Source of the DNA: the human T2T-CHM13v2.0 reference genome, Homo sapiens
Length of the DNA: 64,000 bases
Reading direction: 5' to 3' (one strand)
NCBI RefSeq assembly: GCF_009914755.1
Contig: NC_060936.1
Position 1 is the stretch's first letter, and each line of letters begins with the position of its first letter. The position numbers and the translations under genes were made by a program. This document shows, one piece after another, positions 37,680 through 63,169 of this stretch. The notes below the pieces were generated by a model. The model ran no database searches. It was given only the letters and a program-made list of their open reading frames with translations, and was not told the DNA's origin.

Positions 37680-38063
37680 AAGAAATCCAAACAACAGAGA
37701 AAGGTGAGATGATTCTTGGAAAGATAGGAGAGTTGGCCCACCCCTGGCTGGAGATACAACTTAATCACAGAACCATTGCTAGAAAAGCCTCCACACTCAA
37801 AGGTGTCTCTGTCAGTGTGTAGGAGAAACCCTACCACAGTACCTGGGCTTCCAAGACTCATGGGGCACCCACCATGCCCAGCTTGATTAAAGACAATGGT
37901 GTTTATTAATTCATCCATTTGTTCATCAAGGTTGCATGACTATTATGTGCCAAAGAATAAGCAGAACACTGCTCTTTAAATGTTCTTAAGTGTTTACTTA
38001 TAACAGGTTGTTAATAAAGTAAAAGCCTGAGTTGGCATATATAAATTTGGGTTTAAAATTTGA

Positions 38064-38496
<433 letters not shown>

Positions 38497-39796
38497 TTAT
38501 AGAGATGGGGCCTCACCATGTTGCCCAGGTTGATCTCAAACTCCTGGGCTCAAGCTATCCTCCCACCTAAGCCTCCCAAAGTGTTGAGGTTATAGAATTG
38601 AGCCACCATGCCTGGCCTGGTGTTGTATTTTCAAGGGTATACATACCCCCAGCTGACTAGATGTTTTCTTTCAGGTATGTTTATGCATATATTCACCCAA
38701 GAATGAAGCACTTACTTACTTCCTCCACTCTTCCCCTATGGCTGTTCTAATCAAAGAGGTATCATCCCATAAATGCAAGATTTGGCAAAGACAAGAACAG
38801 ATTCCCCATCTCCTATCTATAACCTAAGGCCAAGAGTGCCCTTTATTACTATATTCAGAACTCAGAAAGAATTCCTGTGGGTTAGAGCCCCAAGCCAAGC
38901 CCTCCAAGCCTTAAAAGTCCTTCTATTCAATTCTGTGCTGGGAGGACCCTGAACGATATATGGGATGGAGGGGTGAAGGTGGAAGTGGGGGGAAGCAGGT
39001 GCCAGGCGGACAAGCCCATTCTCAAACCTGCTGCCTCGCCTGGATTGACTGCCAGACAGCTCTCAATATGCCTGGTTTGTGAGGAAGGGTGAGGGAAGGA
39101 AGGGTACATGGGTAGAACTGGTCAGCCCTCTGCATAGATAGCCAGGGTTTTGGATTGAGTATCCTCTCTTCTACACCATGTTCAGCTCAGAAGCCGGAAG
39201 TGCTCCTCAACTAGAGGCCAGATACTCTCTTCTGCAACTCACAGCCAACATGACACACACAAACAGACACTCATCTTCAAGCCTTGATGGTGAATGGTCT
39301 CAACCCAACTTCCTCACATCTACACCTCCAACCACTGCCTTCGGTGGCTTTGCTCCCTTTACCTGACTAAATGATTCCATTTCCTCTGTCCTAACCCTCT
39401 TCCCTTTTCTCAGGAATTCAGAGTCATTCTTACCCATACCAGCAATCAGGGTCAGGAAACCCAATCAGAAAGAAAAACTTGAAGAGGAAGGCGGGCATCC
39501 GGATCCTATCACTCCCCAGTGACCAGCAAGACACTCTCTCTCCAGGTACTGGGTTGGAAAGTGAGAGAACTGAATTCTGGCTCTCCTACCTTCACACTCT
39601 TCAGAACTGGAAAAGAAGCTTTTCTGCCAGGCACGGTGGCTCATGCCTGTAATCCCAGTGCTTTGGGAGGCCAAGGTGGGCGAATCACTTGAGGTCACAA
39701 GTTCAAGACCAGCCTGGCCAACATGGTGAAACCCCATCTCTACTAAAAATAGAAAAATCAGCTGGGCATGGTGGCACATACCTGTAGTCCCAGCTA

Positions 39797-39901
<105 letters not shown>

Positions 39902-41924
39902 TCAAAAAAAAAAAAAAAAATTAGCAGGGAGTTGTGGTGTGCACTCATAATCCCAGCAACTCGGAAAAGGCTGAGGCACAAGAATCGCTTGAACCTGGGA
40001 GGCAGAGGTTACAGTGAGCCGAGATCACGCCACTGCATTCCGGCCTGGGTGACAGAGACTGTGTCTCAAAAAAAAAAAAAGCTTTTCTTAATAATATTAC
40101 TGCTGCCCAAAGACATGACTCCCTACACTAAGCAGCAGCAATGGAAGGGGTGTCCCCCAACTCTCACTACCCAACGTGGTATACTACAGATGTCCCAAAA
40201 GGATTCCACAGCATCCTAGAAATGGATCCCCAGCCCCCTCCCTGAGTTCAGTGGTTTGACCTACTTTTAGCAGATGCCTAAAAACATCGAATGTACTAAA
40301 TACATACTTGTCAACTTCCTGCTGTAACCAACCTAGGCGCTTGAACTGGAAGTGGTGTATGCAGTGAATCCCCAGAGCCTTTAGACCTTATACCTCAAGG
40401 CTGAGAAACCCACACATACATTCATTCTCTGCCACTGCCCCTATACTCTGCAATGAAGGGGAGGGTTTTGCCCTCCATCCCACCTTAGCCAACCTAAGCC
40501 CTTCCACTGGCTTTCTACAGGCTCATTTGGGAAGCTCCCTTGCCCAGATTATCCTGAAGTGGACCCTGGGTCCAAGTCTTCCGCCAGTCCATGACTGATG
40601 CTATGCATGTTCTGGAAGATGGGATTGCTGTTTGTCCTAAGAGCTGGGTGCTAAGTATCTACCTCCCAGGTTCAGTCTCCTCTTCATCCCCTATCCCCTC
40701 AAAAGAACTGGAAGGCTTCAGCAACTGCCACAAGAGGGCTCCCCTCTACTTCCTTCCTGGCATTCTAAATTGAGTACTAAGGGACAGATGGGAATAGGTC
40801 ATCCTCTTCCCCAAGTTGTTCAGGGGTCCAAAGACCCCCCAGTGGCCCACCATTCAGCTAAAGTCCTCTCCCTTATCATTATGAGAGGTTGTAGCTCTGA
40901 AAGATATCTATTTGCTAATATAGAAATAAAACACCTGGCCGGGCGTGGTGGCTCACGCCTGTAATCCTAGCACTTTGGGAGGCTGAGGTGGGCAGATCAC
41001 CTGAGGTCAGGAGTTCAAGACCAGTCTCACTAACATGGAGAAACCCATCTCTACTAAAAATACAAAATTAGCCGGGTGTGGTGGCGCATGCCTGTAATCC
41101 CAGCTCCTCAGGAGGCTGAAGCAGGAGAATTGCTTGAACCCGGGAGCCCAGGAGGAGAGGCTGTGGTGAGCCGATATCGTGCCATTGCCCTCCAGCCTGG
41201 GCAACAAGACCAAATTCCGTCTCAAAAAAAAAAAAAAAAAAAAAGAAGAAGAAGAAAGAAAACACTTGGGAAAGATACTCTTATCAGCACCCTGTCACCA
41301 AGCAGAACTTTGGAGAAGCCTGGAAGGAGGAAAGTGTCATCTGATCTTGAGGAGTAGGTGGGTAATGTTCAAAGTCATTGGGATTGATAAGACATGTCTG
41401 GTTGGAGTAGTTTGAGAGTTATATATGGGTGGAAGCACTGGTCCTTGAGGGTGATGGCCTATTAATAATAGAAGTGCTGAAAAGGAAAATTGGCAGGGGA
41501 GGCAGCAGGGAAGTAACTGAATATAAATTATATGCTTCACACTGGTACTTGGGGCTCTCAAACTTATTATATGCCTAAATCCTATCCCTTTCCCACAAAA
41601 GCAGGCTGGGAAGACCTCTGTCCTCAAAGCTTAAGAAAATATTAAGATTGGGGAAGGCTTGCCTGGCTCACCCAGACCTCACCCACCCTAAAGGTAGCAC
41701 CATCCCTTTCTTTGCCTGGAGCCAGACACTGGTAGCAGGGGAGGAACAGAATAGTGGTGGGAGTGCGATGGGAGGATGGAGGCTTTATGGAAAAGGTCTA
41801 TTCCTCAAGACATTTGTGGGATCTCTGGATGAGGCTTGGCATCCTGACAATGAAAAACCACACGCCTGAAGTAGAGCTGATGCAGGGCCATCAGTTGTAA
41901 GAAGGATTAAGGTCATTACACTGC

Positions 41925-44900
41925 CCAGACGTTTATCCTTCATGTTTATTCACTGCCAAAGTCCAGAACTAGACTAGTGAGGGGGTCTCTGTTCAAACTA
42001 GAAGCACCTCATGTGCAAGGCTGAGGAGATCTGAGAGTAGAGGCACATGGGGCCCTCCAAGTTCAGGGCCCTTCAGCCAGTGAAGTCCATACAGTCTACC
42101 AACAGGTGAGAAATACAGCTGATTTCAGGTTTAAACCCTTTAGAACTAGAGGAGGAAAGTCACGAAGCCCTCACACTCTGATGCCCAATTCATTTGGGCT
42201 CCCCCGCCGCGGGGTATGATGGGAAGAAATAACCAGTGTGGAGTGGCACTAAGTTCCTCCATAACCTTACTCTCTATCAATCAAGTGTGCCTTTTACCCC
42301 TTTGCTGAAAGAAGGAGCACTATGGAGAGAGGGACCAGAAACAGGACTCCCCTCACCATGAAACTACTGTCCCACGGCTGCTGCACAGCAAAGATGAAGG
42401 TCGGCTCCAAAGCTGCATAAAACAAGTTTAATTTCCAACCAGGGTCACAGTCATCGCGTTATCCCACATTTTGAGCAAGGATAGAGAAGGTGAGTTATTA
42501 AACATATACAGTCTACATTCCAGAGGAGGAACTGCAGTTACCACTATAACACCACAGACAAACTTTGGGGTGGGGGGAGCGGGAGTCCTCAGGAAGCAGA
42601 AAGCTGGAATCAGGGAAAGCATAAAATTAAACCTACCAGAGAGGAGAGGAGAGGGAGTGGGCAGAAATGGAATGAAACACCCAATCCCAAAAGAGCTGTT
42701 AAGTGAATGGGAATGTAGAAAGGACCACCCCTGCCAAGGGCTTAGCAGCCAGGGATACTACCAAGATCACTTACTGCCCCCTGCTGGACAGATCTGGGGC
42801 AGCACCAAGGCAACCTCCTAACATTTCCAGCCCCAGATTGGTCCCTGGAGCCCCCAAAAAAACAAGGTGAGGGGTGAGGCCTGAAGTGAGGAAAACCTAT
42901 TTAGGACTGACATCTAACTAGAGAAAGTCAGGGAATGAGGCAGGAGAAGAGGCAAAGTCCTCATGAACCACAAAGATAGAGTGGAAAATCCTAAGTAGGA
43001 AAAAATACATGGAAAAGGGCAAATGAGCAACAGCAGTGAATGAGTTGAGATTGAAAAGGAAAGAGTTCAAGGAAGGAGAGGCAATGGGGCAAGACAAAAT
43101 AAATCTGAGGAAACAGAGCAAATAAAAAGTATGGAGGGAAGCATCTGTGGGGCCAGGGAAATGAATACATTTTTAAATGAAATAGAACCTCCAACACCCC
43201 CCCCACAACCACCACACACAAACACACCCACACCCATATACACACACACTCACACACACACACAGGCCTAGAGAGCAAGATACCTGCACACACCTGCTGC
43301 ATCCTGGGTAACACATCACTAAGTAACTGGCACTGAGGGAGATACCCCTGGAACCTCTCTTTCACAGTTCAATCTTGGATGGGGTTACTAATATTGATCC
43401 ATCTGCTATCAACAAAAGTGGCCAGGAAACCTGGCCCCATGGAGTGGGGCTTGGGACAGCCCTACTGGGAAGGGGTCCCTCAGCCATGCTGTGGGGGGCC
43501 CTGGGCCCTGACCTTAGCAGGTTATGGGCAGCTGTCTCGGAGCTCAGGGCGCAGCCAGCACACACAGGAGCCCACAGGACAGCCACGTCTTCACAGAAAC
43601 TACAGAAGTCAGGACCCAGGCGAGGACCTCAGGAACAAGTGCCCCCTGCAGACAGAGAGACGCAGTAGCAACAGCTTCTGAACAACTACATAATAATGCG
43701 GGGAGAATCCTGAAGACCACTGCATCCCACAAGCACTGACAACCACTTCAGGATTTTATTTCCTCCACTCTAACCCCCAGATCCATTTATGAGAAGTGAG
43801 TGAGGATGGCAGGGGCATGGAGGGTGAAGGGACAGCAAGGATGGTCTGAGGGCCTGGAAACAATAGAAAATCTTCGTCCTTTAGCATATCCTGGACTAGA
43901 AAACAAGAGTTGGAGAAGAGGGGGGTTGATACTAAGGTCAGCTATGTCACCCCACTTCCCAGCTCCTCATTAGAATACCCAGTCAGCCCTGGTCAGGCCA
44001 GTAGGAGTACTAGGGTGAGAAAATTCTGACCAAGGACAGATGACCCATCCAACCCCTAAGATCAGAAGGGTGGTGGGGCACTGGAAGGCAGGAATGGGAT
44101 TGGCCCATGCCTCACCTTCTCCTAATAACAAAAGAGAATGAAGATGGAAAACCTCAGGCCTTCGCCTCCCTTCCCCCAATGCCCTGGGTCCCTAACACAC
44201 ACCATGGACTTGCCATCCCCACCCCCCAGTCAAGCTCCAGAGGAACAGATCTGAAGATGGTGGGGAAGGATCAGTTGAACACTCTAAGCTGATAAGAGTG
44301 AGTGGGTTCCTCTCTCCTTCCCAACAGTAAGGCAGAGCAGAGTGGCATCTCCTTGGGAACAGTCATCTAGAGATAAATGCCATCCTCCAGCCCTAAGAAG
44401 GGTGGAGAGAAGAGTACAAGGAAAATGGTGGTGAAGAATCCATCATCTGTCCTATCATCCAGAAAAACCTACCTGCAGAGAGGAGGGTAACCAGTCAAAG
44501 ACTGGGGCAGTCCGGCTTGACTAATGCCCTCCCACCTTCTTCCCTTAATCTCACCAACACGGAAGGGGCAGATGACAGGCTCCAGTGGGCAGTGTCCTGG
44601 CTGCAAGCCCTGAGCTTCACTCCACCCCCTCCCCGCTCCCCCCGGCCCCCACAAATATATCTCTCTATACATGTATATACAGGCGCACACATGCACGCAA
44701 ACACAGAGAGGCCCGTGCAATTTCCATGTAAAACAGGGAGAGGGTGGCAAAGGAAAGGCAAACAGGGAGTAGAAGGGCTTGTGGGGACAGGGAAAGGACT
44801 CACATGCCAAGAGGACAGCAACCACTGCCAAACAAAGAGAATACCCCACTCGACCTCCCGAAACCCAGAGGGTGAGAGAGAGAGAGGGGCCACCCCATGA

Positions 44901-45153
44901 AACCGTAACAACTTTTTGTTTTAAATCCAGTAAATTGGAATGACTCATCATCAGGACAGCAATTAGGGATTGGTCATATAGGTGGACAGGAAAAAGGAGG
45001 GGAGGCAGGGGAGGCAAGGCTCTTGCTGGGCATGTGGACATGATACCCAGGGCCCTGGCCACACTTGCATGGAGAGGAAGGGGTAGGACTGGGGCAGGGT
45101 GACAGTAGGTATGTCAGGGGTGGGTGGGGTGCTTTGTTAGGGCTGTCTGGCTT
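41925..45153 (-). other. ARF3: ARF3 long 3' UTR with candidate poly(A) signals
   Basis: Alu-free stretch after the stop. Minus-strand AATAAA at 43755-43760 and 41945-41950, ATTAAA at 42427-42432; (CA)n-rich tract at ~43210-43263. Confidence 0.65.
42772..42790 (-). promoter_or_regulatory. CTCF motif
   Basis: Minus strand TGTCCAGCAGGGGGCAGTA matches the CCASYAGRKGGCR core. Confidence 0.55.
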
Positions 45154-45348
<195 letters not shown>

Positions 45349-45780
45349 TCAGGATTTTTTAAAGGCTTCTAGAACACCCATCTACCAAAGAAATGTGTAC
45401 CAGCACCTTCCCCTCCTCCTTTATTTTAGGAAACCCAGAACAAGATCCTAAGGAGCTACTTTGGATTTAGTCACCTAGAACTCAAGATCCAAAGCACTAG
45501 AGGTCACTGTACTGAAGAATTGGAAACCAAATACGAGGATGGTGGGGAAGCAAGAGACGTGATTCAGACTGACCAAAGAATCAGGTCTGTCTGACAGCAG
45601 GAGTGAGGCCAATTCTCCTAAAGTAGATAACAGGCAAGATGAAAGAAAGATTTGAGACAATTCCTGAGGACGGAAATGTTGCTAAATAAAGCTTGGGGTG
45701 GGGCACAAGAAGAGGGGCATAAAGAAGCCAAGTGCTCAGTTTCCCACGCTTCTAACATTGAGAGCATACTAAAAGGGTTA

Positions 45781-46011
<231 letters not shown>

Positions 46012-46144
46012 CTAAGATGACAGGTAACCCCCTCCCCCCAACCAAAAGACCACACCTGCCTGACACCCTCCAAATATTTGCTCCCTTTCCTCCCTTTCTT
46101 CTGCCCCCAGGAGCTGCAGCAGGGTAACAGTTGGCCACCCATTA

Positions 46145-46348
<204 letters not shown>

Positions 46349-46873
46349 TCAAACACTAGCCCCGCAAACACCACCACAATGAGTTTGGTTCTGCTTTCCC
46401 CCAGTGGTGGCCATAACACCAACAATGGAACAAAAGCTAAGGCTTCCTCAGACCTGATAATCGTTAACCTAGCAGCCTGAAGGCCAAAATGAAAACCTAA
46501 GAGAAGTCAAAGAGGATGAGGAAGTTGGTTGAGAGGTTCACAGTTGCCTGGGTAACGTGGGCCAACTTTCCTGACTTTTCCACTCAGTCTTTGGTGCTCC
46601 CTCCTACAAAATGACTCAGCCCTGCTCTGGTACTTTGGCTACCAGAGTCGGCCTCAGCTAAGATGTGGGGCCTGAGAGGCAGAGTGAAGAAAGGGAAGTA
46701 AGCTGGCATCCTGGAGCCCCAAAGGCAGAGCCAGCTGACAATGCTGACTGGAGCCCCCATCTACATAGCAAATGTAGGGAGACCTCCCTTCAGCAAACTG
46801 TAACCAAGATTGGCCACCAAAGATCTAAACCCAAGTAATTCCAAGCCTTTGGCAGGAACATCAAAGCCTTTTA

Positions 46874-47395
<522 letters not shown>

Positions 47396-48199
47396 CTAGA
47401 CAAAGGAAATGTAAAATCATACCATCATTTGCTTGTCAGGACTTCCAAGTAAATAGAATTTCCCAAGGTCATGGCTAGAGTTCATTCATGACAAACGGAG
47501 AGCCTGAGGGGACTATAAATACCAAGGCCCACTCAGATACATACTGAGTCTTTGGGAACAGAGACAAAGCAGTAAACACTAAGGATCCCTGCTCTGCCAG
47601 TAATCTAACCATGTGACTCTGGGCAAGTTACTTCACTTTTCCATATCTGCACCTGTAAATGGAAGGGGGATTGAACTAGATGATTTCTGAAGTCCCTTCA
47701 GTTCTGACATTCTACCCTATACCCAAAGGCATTGTAAGATCATTAATGCCCCTCCCTCCCCTAACCTTACTTACCCTGAGACTTCTGGCAAGGGTGGGAG
47801 AGGAGGGAGCGGAATAAGGAGTGGCTCTCTGTGACTCCTGACAAGGTTCAGGCTTGCCAGTTTCCCAAGGTTTATGCTTTCTCCTTTAATCAAGAGACTC
47901 TGCCTCTTCCCTTCCTATATTTTTGCAACTCCATCTTTCTTCCACACCAAAATAAAGGAGGAATAAGAAAGCCGCACTCTTAAAAGAAGCCGATCCTTTA
48001 CACTCTGTGGAATGCCAGCTGCTAATGTTGTGCCCTGTTCAAACAACAGTGCACTGGCAGTAGAGAGGTGGGGTATGGCGGGGCTACCCCTTTACTCCTC
48101 AGCTAGGTGCATCCTTGGCTTACTGTGGCCCATCCAAGGAGGGGGCTGTCCCACATGGTCGCTGCAATGAGGCAGTCATCTCATTGGTTCTCTGCTTCT

Positions 48200-58130
<9,931 letters not shown>

Positions 58131-61100
58131 GAAAAGCAGGCCAGGAAAGAATAAGAAGCAACCAGAGAGGCAGAAGGGAAATCAAGAGAGCAAGACATCA
58201 TAGACACCAATGGGGATAGAACATACAAAAGAAAAGAGGGAGGATCCAAAGCTAGAGTTTTGGTGTAAACTAAAACGTACCTAACTAAATAAGTTCCTAT
58301 TAGCTCAATTAGTGGTGTTTAGGCTCAGGCCAGAATTGTTATGCCAGCTTCCCATCTAGGCAAAGAACAATCCTGGAAAAGACTCCAGGACACGCAAACC
58401 TGAAGGACGCCACAGCTGTGAAGTGAAGAAGGATCCCGAACCGCCCTGTCTGATGGAGACCCAAAACGCCTGGGAAGGGTCTGGCTTTTACCACAGACAA
58501 CCCTTAGCAAGTGAGTCAGAAAAGATGACAAGGTCTGTTTTAGAATCCTAGTCAGATAAAACAGTGACAAGATAAAAACTAGACTCATTTGTTTCTTTGG
58601 AACATTCTGTGGTACTGCCCTCTGCCCAAAAATTACAGCTTGCCTTGTTCTTAGAATCTGACCAGCTTACAACCACTACAGCTCCTGATATTCTATGGCT
58701 GTACCAATCCAATGCCCACCTCTACAGTCTTGGATATCCAGAACACTATAAATTCCTAATCACAAAATCACTGAAAGTCCATCAATAGCCTAGACTCCTA
58801 ATAATCTTCTGCCCCTAATCTGGTCCCATTGTGCAAGTCAAGATGGAGCTGACAGTAAACTGCTTAAACAGGAAGACATGATGTGGACAAGGCCAACCAT
58901 TATACAGAGCAGCCTAAGGACACAGAGGAACAGAGAACTGCCTACTTAGGGAATAAGAGTTACCTGCGATCCCTCGGCATCCCAAACACACTTCTACTCT
59001 AGGACTTGCTGCAGTATTCACGTTTGTCTGTTTTGCTTTCCAGAGCTGCAACTGCCCAATGTGCCTCTAGTGCATTACAGGTCAGCTGGAGATACTGATC
59101 CTATCAGCCACTGGATGGCTGGGCAGGGCTTGGGGTGGCTACAGCCCTTGGGCCAGCCATCTCAGATTTCAAGTCTCACTATTACCATTTTTTGTGTATA
59201 CCATGATGAGAAAAAGGCTGGAAAGTACCTCACTAGACTGTGAGCTCTTTGCCAGCACAGACTATGCCTTATTCATATTTCACGTCTCCAGCATCCAGCA
59301 CCAATGACTGACCTATAGCTAGTGACTGACAGGCGTGTTGAGAACGGTTCTACTGAGGGTGGCAAAACACTTGTGGGGTTGAAGAAGACTGTATTCTATA
59401 GGTGGTCTCTGATCCTTTTCCCTGTATCTGACAAACTGAAGAAATGGTTTCCATGTCCTCAGAGCCCACAGGTTCTGCTTGAAGAGAGGAGAGATCATGT
59501 GAGGGGCTGTAATTATACCCCACCCCCATTTTCCACCACCAGTAGAGAGTAACTCCACTTTTGTCCATTTTATGTATTAGAATTCAAATAAAATTTTATT
59601 TAAGGTTTGACTATTTTTTTTTTAAAAAAAGGACATAAACCATTGCAACAGAGAGCAAATGCTCTCCTACATCTTAAGCTCATGCTGAAGTTTAAGCATT
59701 CACGCTTGACACTCCTGTGCATAAGCTAATAAAGGAAGGATTATGCCAGGCTTTCAGCAGTAATGGGAGAACTAAAAGGTACCAAGAGACCTGCCACACC
59801 CAGTCATCTCAACTTTCTTCAGGAATATGGTAATAATGGTGGATCTCTAACATTCTGAGCCATTTCCTTTCTGGTCCACATGGTGTGGCAGATCCTTTGC
59901 ATAAGTCCATGGTAAAGCTCTAACACATTCATGAAATCCCTACTTTAGTCAGTTCTTTACCAGACTATAATATGAAACCTTCAAACATCTGTGGGACCCT
60001 TTCCAAACGCTCCTCATGTCTTTTCATTATCAAATAGTTTTATTAGCACTCTATCTATATTTGCAACAGATGTTCAAGTGAAGAAGGTACGGTAGACAGA
60101 TAATTCTACAGATATCACAATTTCTAGGCCATGATATTCTGAAACAGATACTCAAAAGCAGACATTTTTTATTAAGATTGGACTAAATGAAAAGAGTGGA
60201 CTAAATGAAGATCCCCATATACTGACTGAGACCTACAATAAGGGCATCTAGGAATCTAAATCCCTGACCTAGGTCATCAGGGTGCTCTTTTCTGGAAGAG
60301 TGAACCATTATCTCAGAGTCACACTGACTTTTCTAATATGAATACTATTCTTGTGCCCCCATATCTTCACCCTACATCCAAATTGATGGTTCAGGGCCCC
60401 TGCCTTGCTCCAGCTTCACCTCCCACTCAGGCAGCAGGAGCTGTCTCTGCGATGCTGATGCTGAAGCTGAAAAAAGATTTCGCTGCTCATAAGCCTACGA
60501 CCAGCACAGAAACTCATGGTAACAATCATCCCTCTACACAAGCACCTCAGGCAGCAAGTTGTTCTTCTGTAAACCTCTTTTCCTCTAAGGCAGCCCTGAG
60601 TGTTCATATTATTAGGATTATGATAATGGATTATTAATAGCAGCTAACAGTTATTTGGTACTTACTATATGCTTTGTACAATACCAGGTGCTTTACATTT
60701 ATCTCATTTAATTCTACTGACAACCAAAAAAATAATAATTCTCTTGAAAACCATATGTCATTACCTTCTTTACAGATGAAGAAAATAAAGAGAGAAGACA
60801 AGCAATTTTACAAGAAACATGCAACTGGTAATTAGCAGAAGCAGGATTTGAATCTAATTTTGTCTGATTCCAAGATCCACTCTTAATTACTATACCATTC
60901 TGCCTCTAAATTTACCTCAACAAAAATGGTGAGGAGAGTTCAGGCATGGTGGTTCATGCCTGTAATCTCAGCACTTTGGGAGGCCAAGGTGGGAGGATAT
61001 ATTGGAGCCAGGAGTTTGAGACCAGCCCTAGCAACACAGTGAGATCTCTACAAAAAGTAAAAAAAAAAATTCGCTGGGCATGGTGGCACACGCATGTGGT

Positions 61101-63169
61101 CCCAGCTACTTGAGAAGCTGAAGTACAGGATGGCTTGAGGCCAGCTCGAGGCTGCAGTGAGTTATGATCACACCACTGCCCTCCAGCCTGGGTGGATAAA
61201 AATAAAGGTATATAGGGAAGCAGATTCTACAATTTCCTTCAGTTACATACTCAACTTTAACCAACCTGGTTTTAAAGAAGTTCCTCCTTCTAACCAATAA
61301 ATCCCACCCTCTATCCTGAGTCCACTTCCTCTTATTATGACTCTAGTGTAAACGAGTAGGGTGAACACACACTACAATATGACTCTTTGTGCACTTAGTA
61401 TTTCACTCACTTCCACTCTTTGCAGTCTGCTCTCCTTTATACTTGCATTCAGTATAATAATAGCAGCTACCATTCACTGGTACCAATTCTGTACCTGACA
61501 CCACACATATACATATATTGGTCCCTCCTCCAAACTCTCCAGGATCCCAATTCATATATAACACTTTGAAAGACTTAGGTCTGATGGAGAGACCCCTTTG
61601 CCCACAATGGGGAAGCAGGAAATCTGGGACTGCAGATAATGACTCTGTGTTCTAGTAATATTTTTCTTTTTGGGTCTTAAGTTTCCATTATCTATGCCTA
61701 TTCTGTGCCTCTTAGGAAGGCAGAGACACAAAAACTTCTTAATTACAAAGGCTAAGGGTCTTTGTACCCTTGCTAAGCTATTTCCAGGCACTTCTGCTGA
61801 CAGCCAAGCCATCTCTTGCCCTTTCCTTAAACTACAGTTAGAAAGCTTGTTGAGTTCTATCTATTTACATTCTAAATTCATCATGGGTACCTACTGTTTG
61901 CATGGGCATTGTGGAAGAGGAGACGAAATCCAGTTCCTGCAGTCGAAAAGCGTCTAGTCTCTTTGGAAAAGCAAGATAGACAACTATAAAAATTCTAACT
62001 ATGCAAGGTAATAATTCTATGCTGGGAAACAGGACGCATGTGAATATGTGATACATGGGAGCCTTTCCTGGCTGAATCCAAGGTCAATCATTCATTCGGT
62101 GAAAAGCTGAACCTTAATGGATTAGTTTCTTTCTTAGAATGAACTTTTACAGACATGTTTTTCAAACTCAAGTCCAATGGGCTATGATAATCCACTGTCC
62201 CATAACACTGTCCCATGTCCCAAGTCACGGCAAGTGGAAACACCTACCCCAACAACAAGCCCAAGACAAAATGGCAGCAAAGACTGTTACTACCTACCTG
62301 ATTGAGGACAGGGAAGGAGGTATGCAGCGACTAGATTCTGTCCTGTTGCACTGACCCAAGCAATCAGACTCTTGCAGCAGATCTCCTCCCAATAAAACTT
62401 TCATGCCATAGACCAGGGGTGACCCAATCCAACAACAGCAGAGACAGGTTTTAGGTTACATTTCTCCCTCACCGGGACGGCCTTACTATTTCTTCTCACT
62501 CCTGACCACATACCACAATCCTCCACCTCCACCACCACATTCCTCCTGGCCTGGAAAGATGGAGACCCGCCTTAATGCAATCAAGACGGGAATTCCCCCA
62601 AAATAACAGCTACCACTTTGCTAATCAAGTGGCCCGTTTTAACAGGGAACTCCACCTCCCCAACTCCCGCCCCTTCCCTCAAACGATTCGCGTAAGCAAT
62701 GGCTCCATTTTCTGTTCCGGGAATCCTGGTACTTCCTAAAGAAAGAAAGCGGATTGGAAGACACAAACTGAGGGCCAGTGACAAGATGCTCCCTCCTCCT
62801 GTGAGACCGCCCCCGCTCCGCCTGGGGAGGAAGGCCCCACCTCTCTCCTCCCAGGAAGATCAGATCCCCCTCCCTCTTCTCCTGCCTCCTCTCCACCCTC
62901 TCCCCACTTGCTGCCCTCTTCCCAACCTGCGGTTCCCTAGACTCGAAAGCGCAACCTCTACCACAATAGCGCCCATGTGGTGCCCCAGCAGCCTGCCCTG
63001 TTGGCTAACCCCCAACCCCCCTACGCACCCCTGCCCTATGATGGGGGAGGGGGTGTAACCACAGCAAGGCTTCTCTCCCGTCTCCTATTGCTAAGGTGGG
63101 GGAGGGAGAGGGAGTAGAAGAAAGCAGCATTCCCTAGCCCTTTAACAGAAAAGATACAAACAGCCATCA

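Noticed and set aside
37562-37822. 86-aa ORF in the intergenic island
   Set aside because: No recognisable homology; the splice-supported frame from CCDC65 is a different one.
44469-45062. 197-aa ORF in the ARF3 3' UTR
   Set aside because: Low-complexity pyrimidine- and GT-rich UTR sequence with no protein-family signature.
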